From: Eledone cirrhosa
Taxonomy: Eukaryota
Length of the DNA stretch: 64,000 bases
Direction of reading: 5' to 3'
Assembly: GCA_964016885.1 (NCBI GenBank)
Contig: OZ024741.1
Coordinates: forward strand, 273,358,001 to 273,422,000
In this document: positions 45,581 to 62,668 of the stretch, one piece after another
Numbering within the stretch: the first letter of the stretch is position 1
How the letters are laid out: each line of letters starts with the position of its first letter
Made by a program: the position numbers and the translations under genes
The notes under the pieces: model-generated
Seen by the model: the letters and a program-made list of their open reading frames with translations, nothing else
Told to the model about the DNA's origin: nothing
The model's database searches: none

Positions 45581-45639
45581 TAAGAAGCACCAAAACAGTG
45601 TATGCAGGACCGGATTAAAGCAATTAGTAGTCTTGGACT

Positions 45640-45966
45640 TGGTGAAGGTGCGTGGCTTTGTGGTTAGAGTATTCGGCTCACAATCGCAAGGTCGTGACTT
45701 TGATTCCCGGCGGCGCGTTGTATCCTTGAGCAAGATACTTTATTTCACGTTGCTCCAGTCCACTCAGCTGGCAAAAATGAGTTGTGTCTGTAAGTCGAAG
45801 GACCAACTGTGTCACATTCTGTGTCACGCTAAATCTCCCTGAGAAATTCGTTAAGGGTACACGTGTCTTTAGAATGCTCAGCCACTTGCACGTTAATTTC
45901 ACGAGCAGGCTGTTCCGTTGATCGTATCAACTGGAACACTCGCCGTCGTAACAGACGGAGTGCCAG
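45640..45966 (+). mobile_element. tRNA-derived SINE (family S2)
   Basis: tRNA-like head (gtggctttgtggttag...ttgattcccgg) followed by the core gttgtatccttgagcaagatacttt. Related copies at 58355-58745 (+) and ~56010-56360 (-). Confidence 0.75.
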
Positions 45967-46414
45967 AAAGTCTTGGGCTAGAGAACATCAGTTCCTGAAA
46001 AATTAATGATTCCAGCATTAATCTATGTTGACCTTTAAAACAGAGGTGACACCTAAAGACAGGGCTGGATTAAAATAACTAGAGAACATTTAGATCCTCA
46101 TACATCAGTTCCAAAAAACTTAATAAAAATTAAAAATATATTAATATAGTCCTAAAATATAGAAGGATGTTGAGACTCCACCATTAACTAAATGGCCTTG
46201 AAGTAGAAAACATTTGGGTCCCTCCAAAATACTAAATGAAAATTAAAAGTAGATAAATGTAGTCCTACAATATAGAACGATATTGAGATTCTAGTATCAA
46301 TCCATGTTAACCTCTAAAACAGAAGTGACACCCAAAGAAGAAGAAATATAATTAATAACAATTGTAATATTCTAAATTTTAACAAAAATATTGTATTTCA
46401 TATATATATATATA

Positions 46415-46864
46415 TATAAAGAATGAATAATAACAGGTAGACATCATAAAAAGGTAATTTATTCCGTGTGCTTACAAATGTTTCCACGGTGGTACTACAG
46501 CCTAGTTATGCTATGTGCAAATTTGCAAGTATTTGCAGAACTCAAATATCCAATGCTGTGACCACTGAGGATACAGTGGTCACAGCATTGGATATTTGAG
46601 TTCTGCAAATACTTACAAATTTGCACATAGCATAACTAGGCTGTAGTACCACCGTGGAAACATTTGTAAGCACACGGAATAAATTACCTTTTTATGATGT
46701 CTACCTGTTATTATTCATTGTTTATATACACTCCGGAATACAGAAGGATCAGGAACTAAGTTTCTTCAACAATTCTTCCATAACTCGTAGAGTAACCTCT
46801 CACCGTACGTCAACCATATCCAGTGTAGTAAATAACCATTACTACATCTTGGGTAATCTTATAC

Positions 46865-46868
<4 letters not shown>
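46415..46868. mobile_element. pLTR family F: ~153-bp near-perfect palindrome plus tail; HHR core 46565-46671 lacking the stem I 5' strand
   Basis: Arms 46415-46567 / 46574-46726; CTGAGGA...GAAAC attt GT A agc; both ends in (TA)n. Confidence 0.75.
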
Positions 46869-46928
<60 letters not shown>

Positions 46929-46968
46929 TATATATATATATATATATTAATATATATATATATATATA

Positions 46969-47056
<88 letters not shown>

Positions 47057-47509
47057 TATATATATATATATATATATATTAATATATATTTTAATACATA
47101 TTTTATATATTTCTAAAATATATATTAACATAAATTTAAACGATATATTCTAATTTGAAAATGTGATAGTTTCAAACGTAGAAAATAACTGCTACCTTTT
47201 CTCGTCTCTAAATATAATTTAACCAATTTTCTCAGCTATTATCAAAAGTGACCGACTGTTATTACAGTTATTTCCTGAGTTTGGAACTCTCACATTTTCA
47301 AATTTAAAACACTTCCACCACTTCGATAATTCCTAAGAATTATATATTTTGATATATATTTAAAACTGGACAATTAATGAGTGGTAAGAATCTCTCAGGA
47401 TAGATCGACAACGAAAGATCTTCAGAAAAGAAACTCCCCCTCAAGCAAGTGTTTCGTCCTTTCAACAATGATAATGTTCTAAGTTTTGACAAAAAATATT
47501 TTATCAACT

Positions 47510-47672
47510 AGTCCTACTATTGCCAAAAATAGTAAAACACACTGTTTGGTTTGGTTTTCGCTTCAGTATATATATATATTTATATAAATATATAAATGTA
47601 AAAATATATAAATATATTGAATCTAAAACCAAACCAAACAGGGTGTTTTACTATTTTTGGCAATAGTAGGAC
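47510..47672. repeat. Imperfect inverted repeat around a TA-rich centre
   Basis: gtcctactattgccaaaaatagtaaaacac / gtgttttactatttttggcaatagtaggac. Confidence 0.75.
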
Positions 47673-47899
47673 AATATGACCCTCCCCAAATCTGTTTCAA
47701 CACACGATTTCTTATTAAAAAAAACAAAAAACCTTGCAAAACAAATACATCGCCGCCGTTATCAATAAGGTTTCTCATATATCATTTCACGTTGCCAAAA
47801 TGATATAACTTGTCAAATATATTCTATTTTTCTTTCACAGGTTTTAAACATGCGACTCATGACGGCACAATTTTCATGACTAGTCAGACAACATGCTTT

Positions 47900-48070
47900 A
47901 TGGAATAGAGTTACCGTCTTTTAAGATCTGAGTTAAAATCCTGCCGGGTTTAACTTTGCCTTTCATTCATACGGGGCCAATAAAATAAAATACCAGTAAT
48001 GCACCGGGGTCGATTTAATTGACTTTCCTCTTCTCCAAAATGGTTGGCCTTGTGCCTAAATCAGGAACCA
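47900..48070 (+). mobile_element. SINE S1
   Basis: ctgagttaaaatcctgccgggtttaactttgcctttcatt...ggccttgtgcctaaa. Confidence 0.7.
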
Positions 48071-48567
48071 ATATTTTCTTAAAACTTGGTATGTTCTCCC
48101 TTGGGCCTGCAGCAGCAGCAGTATTAAGCTTGATCTGCCAACCAAATGCAAACAGACAATGGATCAGCCATGGTCTGATCTTGTTTCTGTAGAATGTACT
48201 TTTACACCATTATGCCTCGTGTGGGATTTTATTTTGCATAACTTTTGAAAGGAAGCAGATTTTTCTCTGAAATTTGGTGTCTGTTTCTAAAATTTATCCG
48301 GTTAAATGCTCACATAACGGGTTTTGATAAACATTTCTTTGTTGTCATATTTTGTCTTTGATTTTTCTTGTCACAAGATTTCATTTGCAGTCTTTGTAAC
48401 CGAAACAATATTACCAAACAATACTATTAATTTAATAATGTATGTGTTTTGACTTGAATGGAAACGCTTGATACTACAACCACGTGGTTACCATGACAAC
48501 GATTCTTTTAATCCATTTTGCAAAATGTTTGACATTACATTGTTGTTCTTTTATCATTAGCAAACTA

Positions 48568-49025
48568 GAGGGCGGTGAATTGACAGTATCGGTAGAGCGT
48601 TGGACACCATGCTTTGCGACATGGAGTTACGGCCTTCTACGTTCTGAGTTCAAATCCCACCAAGGTTAACTTTCTCTTTCATCCTTACAGAGTCTACCAA
48701 TTCACCCCTGAGGTGTCCTTCAAGGTAGAGCCGCTACTTCTCCGAATTAAGAGATCACAGCACCGATACTACGGACATGTGATCAGAATGTCTAAGGAAA
48801 GAATTGCTGGACAGATTTTACTGGCAACGCCAACCGACAGGAGACCCAGGGGTAGACCCCGAGCGTGCAAGATGGTTGGATAACATCCATGAGCTCGACT
48901 GGTGTCGCTTGGGGATCCAACCGGATCAACTTGAGACGGTTGCTTTTGACATGACCTACTGAAAGGAGTGTTTGAGTACTCTGCCCTTACGGCCCTTCCA
49001 GGAATGAGTGGGCAAAGAAGAAGAA
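48568..49025 (+). mobile_element. SINE S1 head (48568-48690) joined to the 3' end of an RTE-like LINE (48690-49025)
   Basis: KVEPLLLRIKRSQHRYYGHVIRM...RPRGRPR, ending in gaagaagaa. Confidence 0.65.
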
Positions 49026-49207
49026 ATTCGTACGGACTTAGGGAATCTAAATCTTCTATCGCCAGTGGAGTGGTGGTCCCGTGGAATTTAGTGACATATA
49101 AACATCCATGTCACATTTTACAATGTCGCGGTAAATAGATAGAAATACTGCAAGCTAAGATTCTGTTCGTGTGTGCACATGCGTGGGTTGTTTTTATATT
49201 AGAAGAG

Positions 49208-49253
<46 letters not shown>

Positions 49254-49299
49254 CCTTATCGAGCCCTCTTTGGATTTTAGTCTTCAAATTTATTATTAT

Positions 49300-49336
<37 letters not shown>

Positions 49337-49363
49337 TGTATATATATATATATATATATATAA

Positions 49364-49465
<102 letters not shown>

Positions 49466-49499
49466 AATTAATATCTAGTAACATATATATACATACAGA

Positions 49500-49848
49500 T
49501 GCATATCAATGCTAGCAAATATATAGGTTTTGTCTTAGTAACTTTGTGGTTCAATGCATGGGGTTGCAGAACAATAATATGAGAGACGTAAAATAAGAAA
49601 ATTATAAAATTAACTTACTTACTAAAATATCACTTCCAACTAATTAGTTTCTGGAATGGAATAAATATATTTTCCGAAGAAGATACAGAGAAGCGTTCCG
49701 TCGTCAGGGAAGTCTATTCTCATCTAAGTATCCAGGCAAAGCGTGGACACTGGAAACTTATTAAAAAATAATTCAGTGGATAGGAAATAGCAAAGCGTGG
49801 ACTGAATTCCTAGTAAGTAAGTTAATTTTATAATTTTCTTATTTTACG

Positions 49849-49857
<9 letters not shown>
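49500..49857. mobile_element. pLTR family I head-to-head pair; bulged hairpin at 49549-49572 (-)
   Basis: Inverted arms ~49578-49624 / 49811-49857; the minus tail reads gttc-tgca-acccca-tgca-tt-gaac. Confidence 0.65.
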
Positions 49858-49932
<75 letters not shown>

Positions 49933-49989
49933 TAAAATAAGAGATTAAAGTTTAATTAAAGAATCGCTGCTTTCACCCTAAACGGGATC

Positions 49990-50031
<42 letters not shown>

Positions 50032-50034
50032 CTT

Positions 50035-50280
50035 GTTTATAATTTTGGCACAAGGCTAAGAATATACCAGTGCATTACTGGTACTTTATTTTAATAATTG
50101 TTTCTACTTTTGGCACAAGGCCAGCAATTATCCAGTATATTACTGGTACTTTATTTTATCGGCCCCGTAAGGATGAAAGGCAAAGTTAACCTCGGCGGGA
50201 TTTGAACTCAGATAGGAAAGGGCCGTAATTTAATGTGTCAAAGCATGGCGTCCGGCCCTCTACCGATACTGCCAATCCAA
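50035..50280 (-). mobile_element. SINE S1 with a duplicated 3' end
   Basis: tttggcacaagg...actggtactttatttt occurs twice, then ggatgaaaggcaaagttaacctcggcgggatttgaactcag. Confidence 0.8.
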
Positions 50281-50282
50281 TA

Positions 50283-50491
<209 letters not shown>

Positions 50492-50680
50492 ATATATATA
50501 TATATACACGTGGGAAAGTAAGAAATCGGAGAATAGACCGTTAAAATATGTTTATTTAAAACACCACCTACGTACGTTTCGCCCAGTTGGGCTTCTCAAG
50601 GGCATAAATAATCAAAAGTGTACCTTACATTGCTCGGAAAGAGTTTTTGGGGTTAAATCCACGTCAAGGTTCATTGCTCG

Positions 50681-50730
<50 letters not shown>

Positions 50731-50737
<7 letters not shown>

Positions 50738-50910
50738 AGATTCAGGAGCCCTACAGCTGAGCTCCGGTCGTTCGCATCTGTCGAAACGGCCGGAGCTCAG
50801 CCGTCGGGGTCCTGAATCTTTTCATATTACCCACTCTACTACCCCAAATATCGAGTACTCTGGTGTGTTATAGTCCACCTGATATCTTATCACAGCTACA
50901 CCCTCTCTGA
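50731..50910. mobile_element. pLTR family D head-to-head pair with the 3' half of an HHR and the hairpin at 50833-50856
   Basis: GAAACggc-cggagctca-gccGTC; inverted arms around 50775; related pair at 53251-53430. Confidence 0.7.
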
Positions 50911-50919
50911 TATATATAT

Positions 50920-51099
50920 ATAAATACCAGATTAAAGTTTAAGAAAAGAATCGATGCTTTCACCCTTTTGAAACAAAAAAAAAATTCAATCTGTGAACGC
51001 AGAAGTAAATATTTCGAAAAGCGTTGCAACCGAAGGAAAACAGGGAGACGATACTTTGGTTCGTGAAGACGTTCCCTGGCAACGAACGGAAGGGTTCTA

Positions 51100-51100
<1 letters not shown>
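50920..51100 (-). mobile_element. Diverged solo copy of the family C unit (other pieces at 49250-49303, 49925-49991, 53815-53840)
   Basis: cagattaaagtttaagaaaagaatcg..gctttcaccc...gacgatactttggttcgtg. Confidence 0.75.
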
Positions 51101-51170
<70 letters not shown>

Positions 51171-51359
51171 ATGCGTGTGTGTATGTATATGTGCAGTGTA
51201 CATATAGGCATGTAGGTGTATATACCTATACTGTATCTAGTCTTACCCCTAATTTACACGTTATTCAAATTTAAATTTAAACTTTCTTAATTTTAATTTA
51301 TACTTTTTTCTTAAAGTACGTAATCTATTCTTCATAATTCTTTTTTAAAAGCCAACTTT

Positions 51360-51510
51360 CATGATTGGCAATATCGGTAGAGGGTAGGACGCCATGCTTT
51401 CCAGCATAGAGTTACGGCCCTTTCCATTCTGAGTTCAAATCCCGCCAAGGTTAACTTTGTTTTTCATCCTTTAACCGGTCGATAAAATAAAGTACCAGTA
51501 ATACACTAGA
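51360..51510 (+). mobile_element. SINE S1
   Basis: ttctgagttcaaatcccgccaaggttaactttg...gataaaataaagtaccagtaatacact. Confidence 0.8.
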
Positions 51511-51516
51511 TAATAT

Positions 51517-52350
51517 AAAAATTTACATTGGCTTTGGGTAAAGGAAAATACAGGAGGATCAGTTGATTATGATTTTGATATATTCCCCTCTCAGATTCAC
51601 ACATTTATTGCAGTCCTTCAGTTTTTCTAAGCTCTGTAAAAAGAACTCGGAAGGTTGGGCCTCCAACCAGGGCTCTGTAGTAGCGATCAAGCCAGGAATT
51701 TTCAGAACCTCCTCGTATTGTTCCTCTTTGGACTTTATAATTTTTGGGAAGAGAGATGTAGCTGCTATTTCTAGCAAAATAATCGCCACCAAGCAAGTAC
51801 ACCTGTTGATTGGTACACAATATTCCAGCCGTGACCATACTGTCTTTGTGTCATTCGTATTTTTAAAACGTGGTAAACAGGAAATGTTTGGCTGCTATTT
51901 CTTGCAGGTTGGGACATTTTTCAAAGGGAGATAACTGTCATTAGATGTACAGGGGAATTAAACTCATATTTGTCATATCTACCGTGGGATCTATTTACTA
52001 TTAGTTGTTGGTAAAATCTTTGCAGGGTTCTTCTTAATCACCTGCTAATTGATGTACATTGCACCTAACATTCTGTCTGTATCTCAGTGTGGTTTCCATA
52101 TTGGGTCACTGCGGAGAAGGTCAACATCAATACCAAAACATGGAAAAATCTTTCAACAGACAGAGCCATGTGGCGAAATCTGATTGCAGTGTTAAGGAAT
52201 TTGAAAAGAAGATAAGAGCTTATGATGAAGTGAAGCGAACAGCTAAATATATGGGAGGTGGTAGTCCTCAATCTAAAGGGATTTCGGAAGAGACTCTTAC
52301 CCTTGAGGGATGCGAATGTGTATGTATGTCAAAAGTATGACTACTAAGCT
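51517..52350. repeat. ~830-bp segment duplicated in inverted orientation at 57150-57990, containing a mariner-like remnant
   Basis: Same ORFs on opposite strands (MHLTFCLYLS..., MIMILIYSPL...); FF.QSLEKL...KCVNLRGEYI resembles a mariner C-terminus; tacgagggggttctgaaaagtt is TIR-like. Confidence 0.85.
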
Positions 52351-52369
52351 ATATATATATAAATATATA

Positions 52370-53430
<1,061 letters not shown>

Positions 53431-53449
53431 TTTTCTTATATATATATAT

Positions 53450-53738
53450 ATTTGAAAAAAAGGGAAAAGAATGACTTCACTTGTAGTTGTAAATAATTTG
53501 ATTTAATTTTATAATATTATAATATTATGAGTTGATAGAACTAAATCTACCAATTCATAATATTATAATATTAAAGTACCAGTAATGCACTGGGTAATTG
53601 CTGACCTTGTGCCAAAAGTAGAAACAATTATATTATAAAATTAAATCAAATTATTAAAAACTACAAGTGAAGTCATTCTTTTCCCTTTTTTTTTTCAAAT
53701 ATACCTAACTGTATCAAGGATCTCACACATTTTCCAAT
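53450..53738. repeat. Inverted repeat pair (~53450-53515 / 53631-53700) with a SINE fragment inside
   Basis: gggaaaagaatgacttcacttgtagtt / aactacaagtgaagtcattcttttccc. Confidence 0.7.
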
Positions 53739-53757
53739 ATATATATATGTTATTTTA

Positions 53758-53816
<59 letters not shown>

Positions 53817-53839
53817 TAATAATAATAAATTTGAAGACT

Positions 53840-54015
53840 ATTGTTTCTACTTTTGGCACAAGGCCAACAATTACCCAGTACAATCCTAGTACTTATTTTA
53901 TCGACCCTGTAAGGATGAATGGCAAAGTTAACCTCAGCGGGATTTGAACTCAGATCGTAATGGGAAATAACTATGCTGGAAAGCATGTCCGACACTCTAC
54001 CGATACTGCCAATCC
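53840..54015 (-). mobile_element. SINE S1
   Basis: ttttggcacaaggccaacaatt...gatttgaactcag...ctctaccgatactgccaatc. Confidence 0.8.
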
Positions 54016-54102
54016 ACGGGTGGTTTGGTGGTGTATAAGTGCAATTAGTGGATAACTGATGCTGTACCCCAGGTCCGAACACAAAAGAGGGAACTCCCAC
54101 TA

Positions 54103-54690
54103 TCATCGCCTCCACCTCTCTCGCCTTCCCCATCTCTCTATGTTATGAGCAAATGGGGTCCACACGGTCCCGGCGGACAGAATGGAGCAGGCGTTGTTTC
54201 CTCGGAGGATGGTAAGGGTGATGCGCTGGAAGAGCCATTCCATCTCTTGAGGCTCACACCTGCGGCGAGCCAGCTCAGCGCCTATGGTGGTAAGTATGGA
54301 GGTAGCCCTAGGGCCAAGGACACCAGAAGTCTCCACTGCTAGGGGTTCGACTGCAAACCTGTCGGAGAGCGACCAGTACTTGGAGAGTTTACCCTGCTCA
54401 GCCCGAAGTGCATCAGAACCTGGGTTAGTCGCAGACTGCACCAGGTTGCCGCTGGACAATGTGTCGCTGCATGTGGCATCCCAGACGATGGGTTTACCAT
54501 CGCAGAAGGGGAGGATGGTCATACCGTCTGGCCTTTTGCCGTCTCCTCTGTCCAGCCCCACCGGCTTGAGCTGGGCGGGGAAGCCTGCAGCATCGAAGCC
54601 ATGTTTTATGACCTCGTTGAGAGCAACATGGCGTAGAAGGCGGCCGGCACTGTAGCGACAGGAAAGCGGATGTAGGCCGAAAGAACGAAG
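54103..54690 (-). mobile_element. 5'-truncated CRE-clade non-LTR retrotransposon (restriction-like endonuclease domain)
   Basis: HPLSC...RH..LN, GKRPDG, WDATC, AEQGKLSKY, PLAVETSGVLG, LFQRITLTILRGN. Confidence 0.75.
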
Positions 54691-55179
54691 TTCCAAAAAT
54701 AATTAGTCTTTTTAGGTTCACGCTTTGGATGAAAAAGAGAGAAAAAAAGAAACTGCAACGTTAGTCCTTCATCAGGAGAATATAATCTATATATATGTTG
54801 GTGGGGCGTGGTGTAAGGACAGAGGTGCGACTTGCAAAATATGAAAAAAGACTTGGGTACAATAAAATGCTATTAACAACTATCTAGTATACGTTACAAC
54901 ACAGACCGAGTGTGGGGACTTTCCTGCTTACATATGGAGCCCTTGAGTTTTCCCACGTTCCTGGAGTGCTTGAAAATGATAAAAAATATCCCTATCTTCA
55001 ATATATGAATATACTTGGATCGGCTGGAAGATTTCCAGGCCCTGGCAGAACGCCAAGTCACTATCTCGACTGGTATGGAACTCCAAACCACACTCCTTTC
55101 TACATCATAGTGTAGGGTTACTTTACACCATGGAAATTTAATATTGAGCAAAGAACCCGAAGCTAGTTGACCTACATTA

Positions 55180-55875
55180 GGGTCGGACGCCATGCTTTCC
55201 AGCATAGTTATGTCCCTTTACGATCTGAGTTCAAATCCCGCCGAGGTTGACTTTGCCTTTCATCCTTACGGGGTCGATAAAATAAAGTACCAGTAATGCA
55301 CTGGGTAATTGCTGGCCTTGTGCCTAAAGTAGAAACAATTAATTTTAATCTCATTTTAGTTTATTTCTTTCTTCCAGTTTAATTGTACAACTCCTTCATT
55401 AGGATCATTAACATAACTACTGCTATTATTAATTATCTGGTAGGCGGTGGATTGACAGTATCGGCAGAGCGTTACGCCATGCTTTCCAGCATAGAGTTAT
55501 GTCCCTTTACGTTCTGATTTCAAATCCGGCTAAGAATAGTTTTGCTTTTAATTCTTACGAGGTTGATAAAATAAAGTACCAGTAACACACTGGGGTTGAT
55601 TTAATCGACTTTCCCCTCCCACCATATTGTTGGGCTTGTGCCTAAAATCAGAAATCATCATTTTAAACCGTAAACTCCCAGATGATGGTAGATTGGCAGT
55701 ATCGGTAGAGGGTCGGACGGCATGCTTTGGCGCATAGAGTTACGGCCCTTGCCATTCTGAGTTCAAATCCCGCCGAGGTTAACTGTGCCTTTCATCCTTA
55801 CGGGGTCGATAAAATATAGTACCAGTAATACACTGGGATAATTGCTGGCCTTGAGCCAAAAGTAGAAACAATTAT
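55180..55875 (+). mobile_element. Cluster of three SINE S1 copies (55180-55340, 55440-55655, 55685-55875)
   Basis: Repeated gagttcaaatcccgccgagg...gtcgataaaata..gtaccagtaa...ggccttg. Confidence 0.8.
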
Positions 55876-57149
55876 TGCAGTAGCTTAATCCTTTTATATC
55901 CATTCATTAAACTGCATCCTATTATTCGAGTATATTGGTAGTCTGGTTTACAAAATAGCGGGGAGGTCCGCCTTCAGTCTAAGTCTAAGTCTGTTCAAAG
56001 CCAGGAAACTCGTTAGGCTGGTGCTTATCCTGGTTTCGTGGCGTTAAACAACTGAGAGTACAATACTCCCAACTGGACAGGACAGAACCCCTGTCCTTCG
56101 TAAGGTTACGTAAAGTATATGTATGTTTAATTAAAAACTATCTCAGGCCAGGAGGCCTGAAGCGACAGAGAGTACAAGACTGAACCCTGGACAGGACGCC
56201 AGTCCATCGTAAGGTTAAACTCCCAGCTATAGCTGGTACTTATTGTCAGCTGAATATACTGGAGCAACGTGAAAGGAAGTATTTTTTCTTAAGAACACAA
56301 CACACCACCAAGTCCAGGAATCGAACCCACGACATTATGATCGTAATTCCAACACCCTTACCGTAGCGACGGGGAAGTCCGCCTTTAGCGATACTTTTAT
56401 GGAGGCGACACTTTCAAAACTGCTAATTATTGGAGTTTGTATAGCGAGGTCAAGGGTTTACCTGAACGGCACGCAATAATTACGCCACTGTCTATATATT
56501 AGCATAGTTATGGGCATAGGCGAATGAGGCGATCCGGGCAGCACTTTTGTGTTTGCTGTATATATTTGAGGCAGTAAACACAAGGGTTGCCCTGGACGGC
56601 ACACACTCCAACTACACCACTGTCTACATAATAGCATTGGTGAATGAGACTATGTGACCTGGGAGACATTTTAATCAAGGCGGCACTCGTAGGTTTGCTA
56701 GGGGATGGCCGAGGGTGTGAGGTAACAAACTGAAGGGTTGTCCTGAATGGCACACATCCTTTCTGACCACTGGATCTACTATAGACACTTATGTGTAACA
56801 TTTTGTGTAGATTATATTTCATTTCAAATTATTTCCTTCTCGTGTTTTGGGTTGTAGCATTCGTTAAATGTTGGAATTCCGATAGAACTGTCTACTCGTA
56901 AAACCCGCGTGACAGTGTTCGAACATCCACAAACACTTGTGCCCTTCCAATCCAATCCAGAGCCGTCTCGCTCCTGTTGGAAGAACCCCTACCTGGTTGA
57001 CCTCCACCATTTTCTGTTTGGTTTCCACGCTTGGCCAATTGCGGGTTAGTGAGGGTATTTAACCTATAGTTGGGTGGATGGCTGTTAACTCTAAGGAGTT
57101 CATCTTCCCTTTAACAGCTCTTGTTTTGTTTTGTTTTTTGTGCTGTATA

Positions 57150-57990
57150 TATAGTTTAGTAGTCATACTTTTGACATACATACACATTCGCATCCCTCAA
57201 GGGTAAGAGTCTCTTCCGAAATCCCTTTAGATTGAGGACTACCACCTCCCATATATTTAGCTGCTCGCTTCACTTCATCATAAGCTCTTATCTTCTTTTC
57301 AAATTCCTTAACACTGGTAAGGCAATCAGATTTCGTCACATGGCTCTGTCTGTTGAAAGATTTTTCCATGTTTTGGTATTGATGTTGACCTTCTCCGCAG
57401 TGACCCAATATGGAAACCACACTGAGATACAGACAGAATGTTAGGTGCAATGTACATCAATTAGCAGGTGATTAAGAAGAACCCTGCAAAGATTTTACCA
57501 ACAACTAATAGTAAATAGATCCCACGGTAGATATGACAAATATGAGTTTAATTCCCCTGTACATCTAATGACAGTTATCTCCCTTTGAAAAATGTCCCAA
57601 CCTGCAAGAAATAGCAGCCAAACATTTCCTGTTTACCACGTTTTAAAAATACGAATGACACAAAGACAGTATGGTCACGGCTGGAATATTGTGTACTAAT
57701 CAACAGGTGTACTTGCTTGGTGTCGATCCTTTTGCTAGAAATAGCAGCTATATCTCCCTTCCCAAAATTTATAAAGTCCAAAGAGGAACAATACGAGGGG
57801 GTTCTGAAAAGTTCCTGGCTTGATCGCTGCTACAGAGCCCTGGTTGGAGGCCCAACCTTCCGAGTTCTTTTTACAGAGCTTAGAAAAACTGAAGGACTGC
57901 AATAAATGTGTGAATCTGAGAGGGGAATATATCAAAATCATAATCAACTGATCCTCCTGTATTTTCCTTTACCCAAAGCCAATGTAAATT
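57150..57990. repeat. Inverted partner of 51517-52350
   Basis: See 51517-52350. Confidence 0.85.
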
Positions 57991-58191
57991 TTTTTTTATT
58001 TCAATATACATAAAAAGGAAATTTCTATGTAATTGTCCGACCGTTTATGTCAGCAGGAAGAGACTGTGCTAGAAATAATAGCCAAATCATGTCATATAGC
58101 TTTAAATAAATGAACGAATAAATAGATAAATAAATAAATAAAATAAATAAAGAAGAGTCACAGTAGATAATGTAATCTTGGGTATAAAATA

Positions 58192-58279
58192 TATCTAGTT
58201 AAACAGAGGACTGAAGGGTAAATCTAGTTAAACAGAGGACTGAAGGGTAAATCTAGTTAAACAGAGGACTCAAGGGTAA
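58192..58279. repeat. 29-bp tandem repeat, 3 copies
   Basis: atctagttaaacagaggact(g/c)aagggtaa. Confidence 0.85.
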
Positions 58280-58354
58280 AACATATATCTTCATGTCAGG
58301 TGCAGAGTTTAAACAAAAACAATATGTGTGTGTGTGTGGTGTGTGGGGGGGAGT

Positions 58355-58745
58355 GAAAGCGTATGGCTTAGTGGTTACTGCGTTGAATTTACAATCGTGG
58401 AGTTGTGAGTTCGATTCCGGACCGGTTGATGCGTTGTATCCTTGAGCAAGACACTTTACTCCAGTTCACACAGCTGTAGAAATAAATTTCGACGTTTTCT
58501 GGGGCCAAGCTCTATCGGCCATTGCCTTTCCCTTGGAAAATATTGGTGGAGAAACTGGTATGTATTGGGCGACTGCTGGTCTTCTATAAAAACAACCTTG
58601 CCCAGACTTGTGCCTCTGATGGGAAACATTCTAGGTGCAAATATCATGGTAATTCGTGACCAAAGGGGGTCTTTACCATTATATATATATATATAAACGG
58701 TGCCCCAGCATGGCCTCAGCCGGATGGCTGGAACAGGTAAAATAG
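58355..58745 (+). mobile_element. SINE S2-related element
   Basis: gtatggcttagtggtta...gttcgattccgg...gttgtatccttgagcaagacacttt. Confidence 0.7.
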
Positions 58746-58789
58746 TAAAAGAGTATATACCCATATATATACAGAGAGAAAGAGAGGGT

Positions 58790-62490
<3,701 letters not shown>

Positions 62491-62567
62491 AAAAAAAAAA
62501 TATATATATATAAGGAAAAGAAATCGAAAATGCAACTGGTGTGTTTTTAAGAATATTTATTTGTTTC

Positions 62568-62597
62568 CTTTACCGGTTTCACAGTTCTTTTCAAAAG
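62568..62597 (-). ncRNA. Minimal HHR variant (U3-A8 core, no stem II)
   Basis: ctt TTGAAAA gaactgt GAAAC cg GT A aag; palindrome ACCGGU; the fragment is bounded by (TA)n. Confidence 0.6.
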
Positions 62598-62668
62598 TAG
62601 AACTGGGATGGAGGGTTGGGGGTGTAATTTTTCTCTCGCATCTGGATATATATATATATATATATATA

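Noticed and set aside
44816-45733. Cys-rich 305-aa ORF (metallothionein- or keratin-associated-like) or a CRISPR-like array
   Set aside because: It is a 42-bp tandem repeat with no unique spacers, the ORF starts inside a SINE, and the context is eukaryotic.
49667-49770. HHR in family I (ccgaaga...gaaacttatta) and partial ctgatgaaggac at ~54765
   Set aside because: Stem III is broken or the 3' half is deleted; relics at best.
56508-56822. piggyBac-like C-terminal Cys cluster (CVYC...CC..LC)
   Set aside because: Too short and degenerate, with no catalytic domain or clear TTAA-bounded TIRs.
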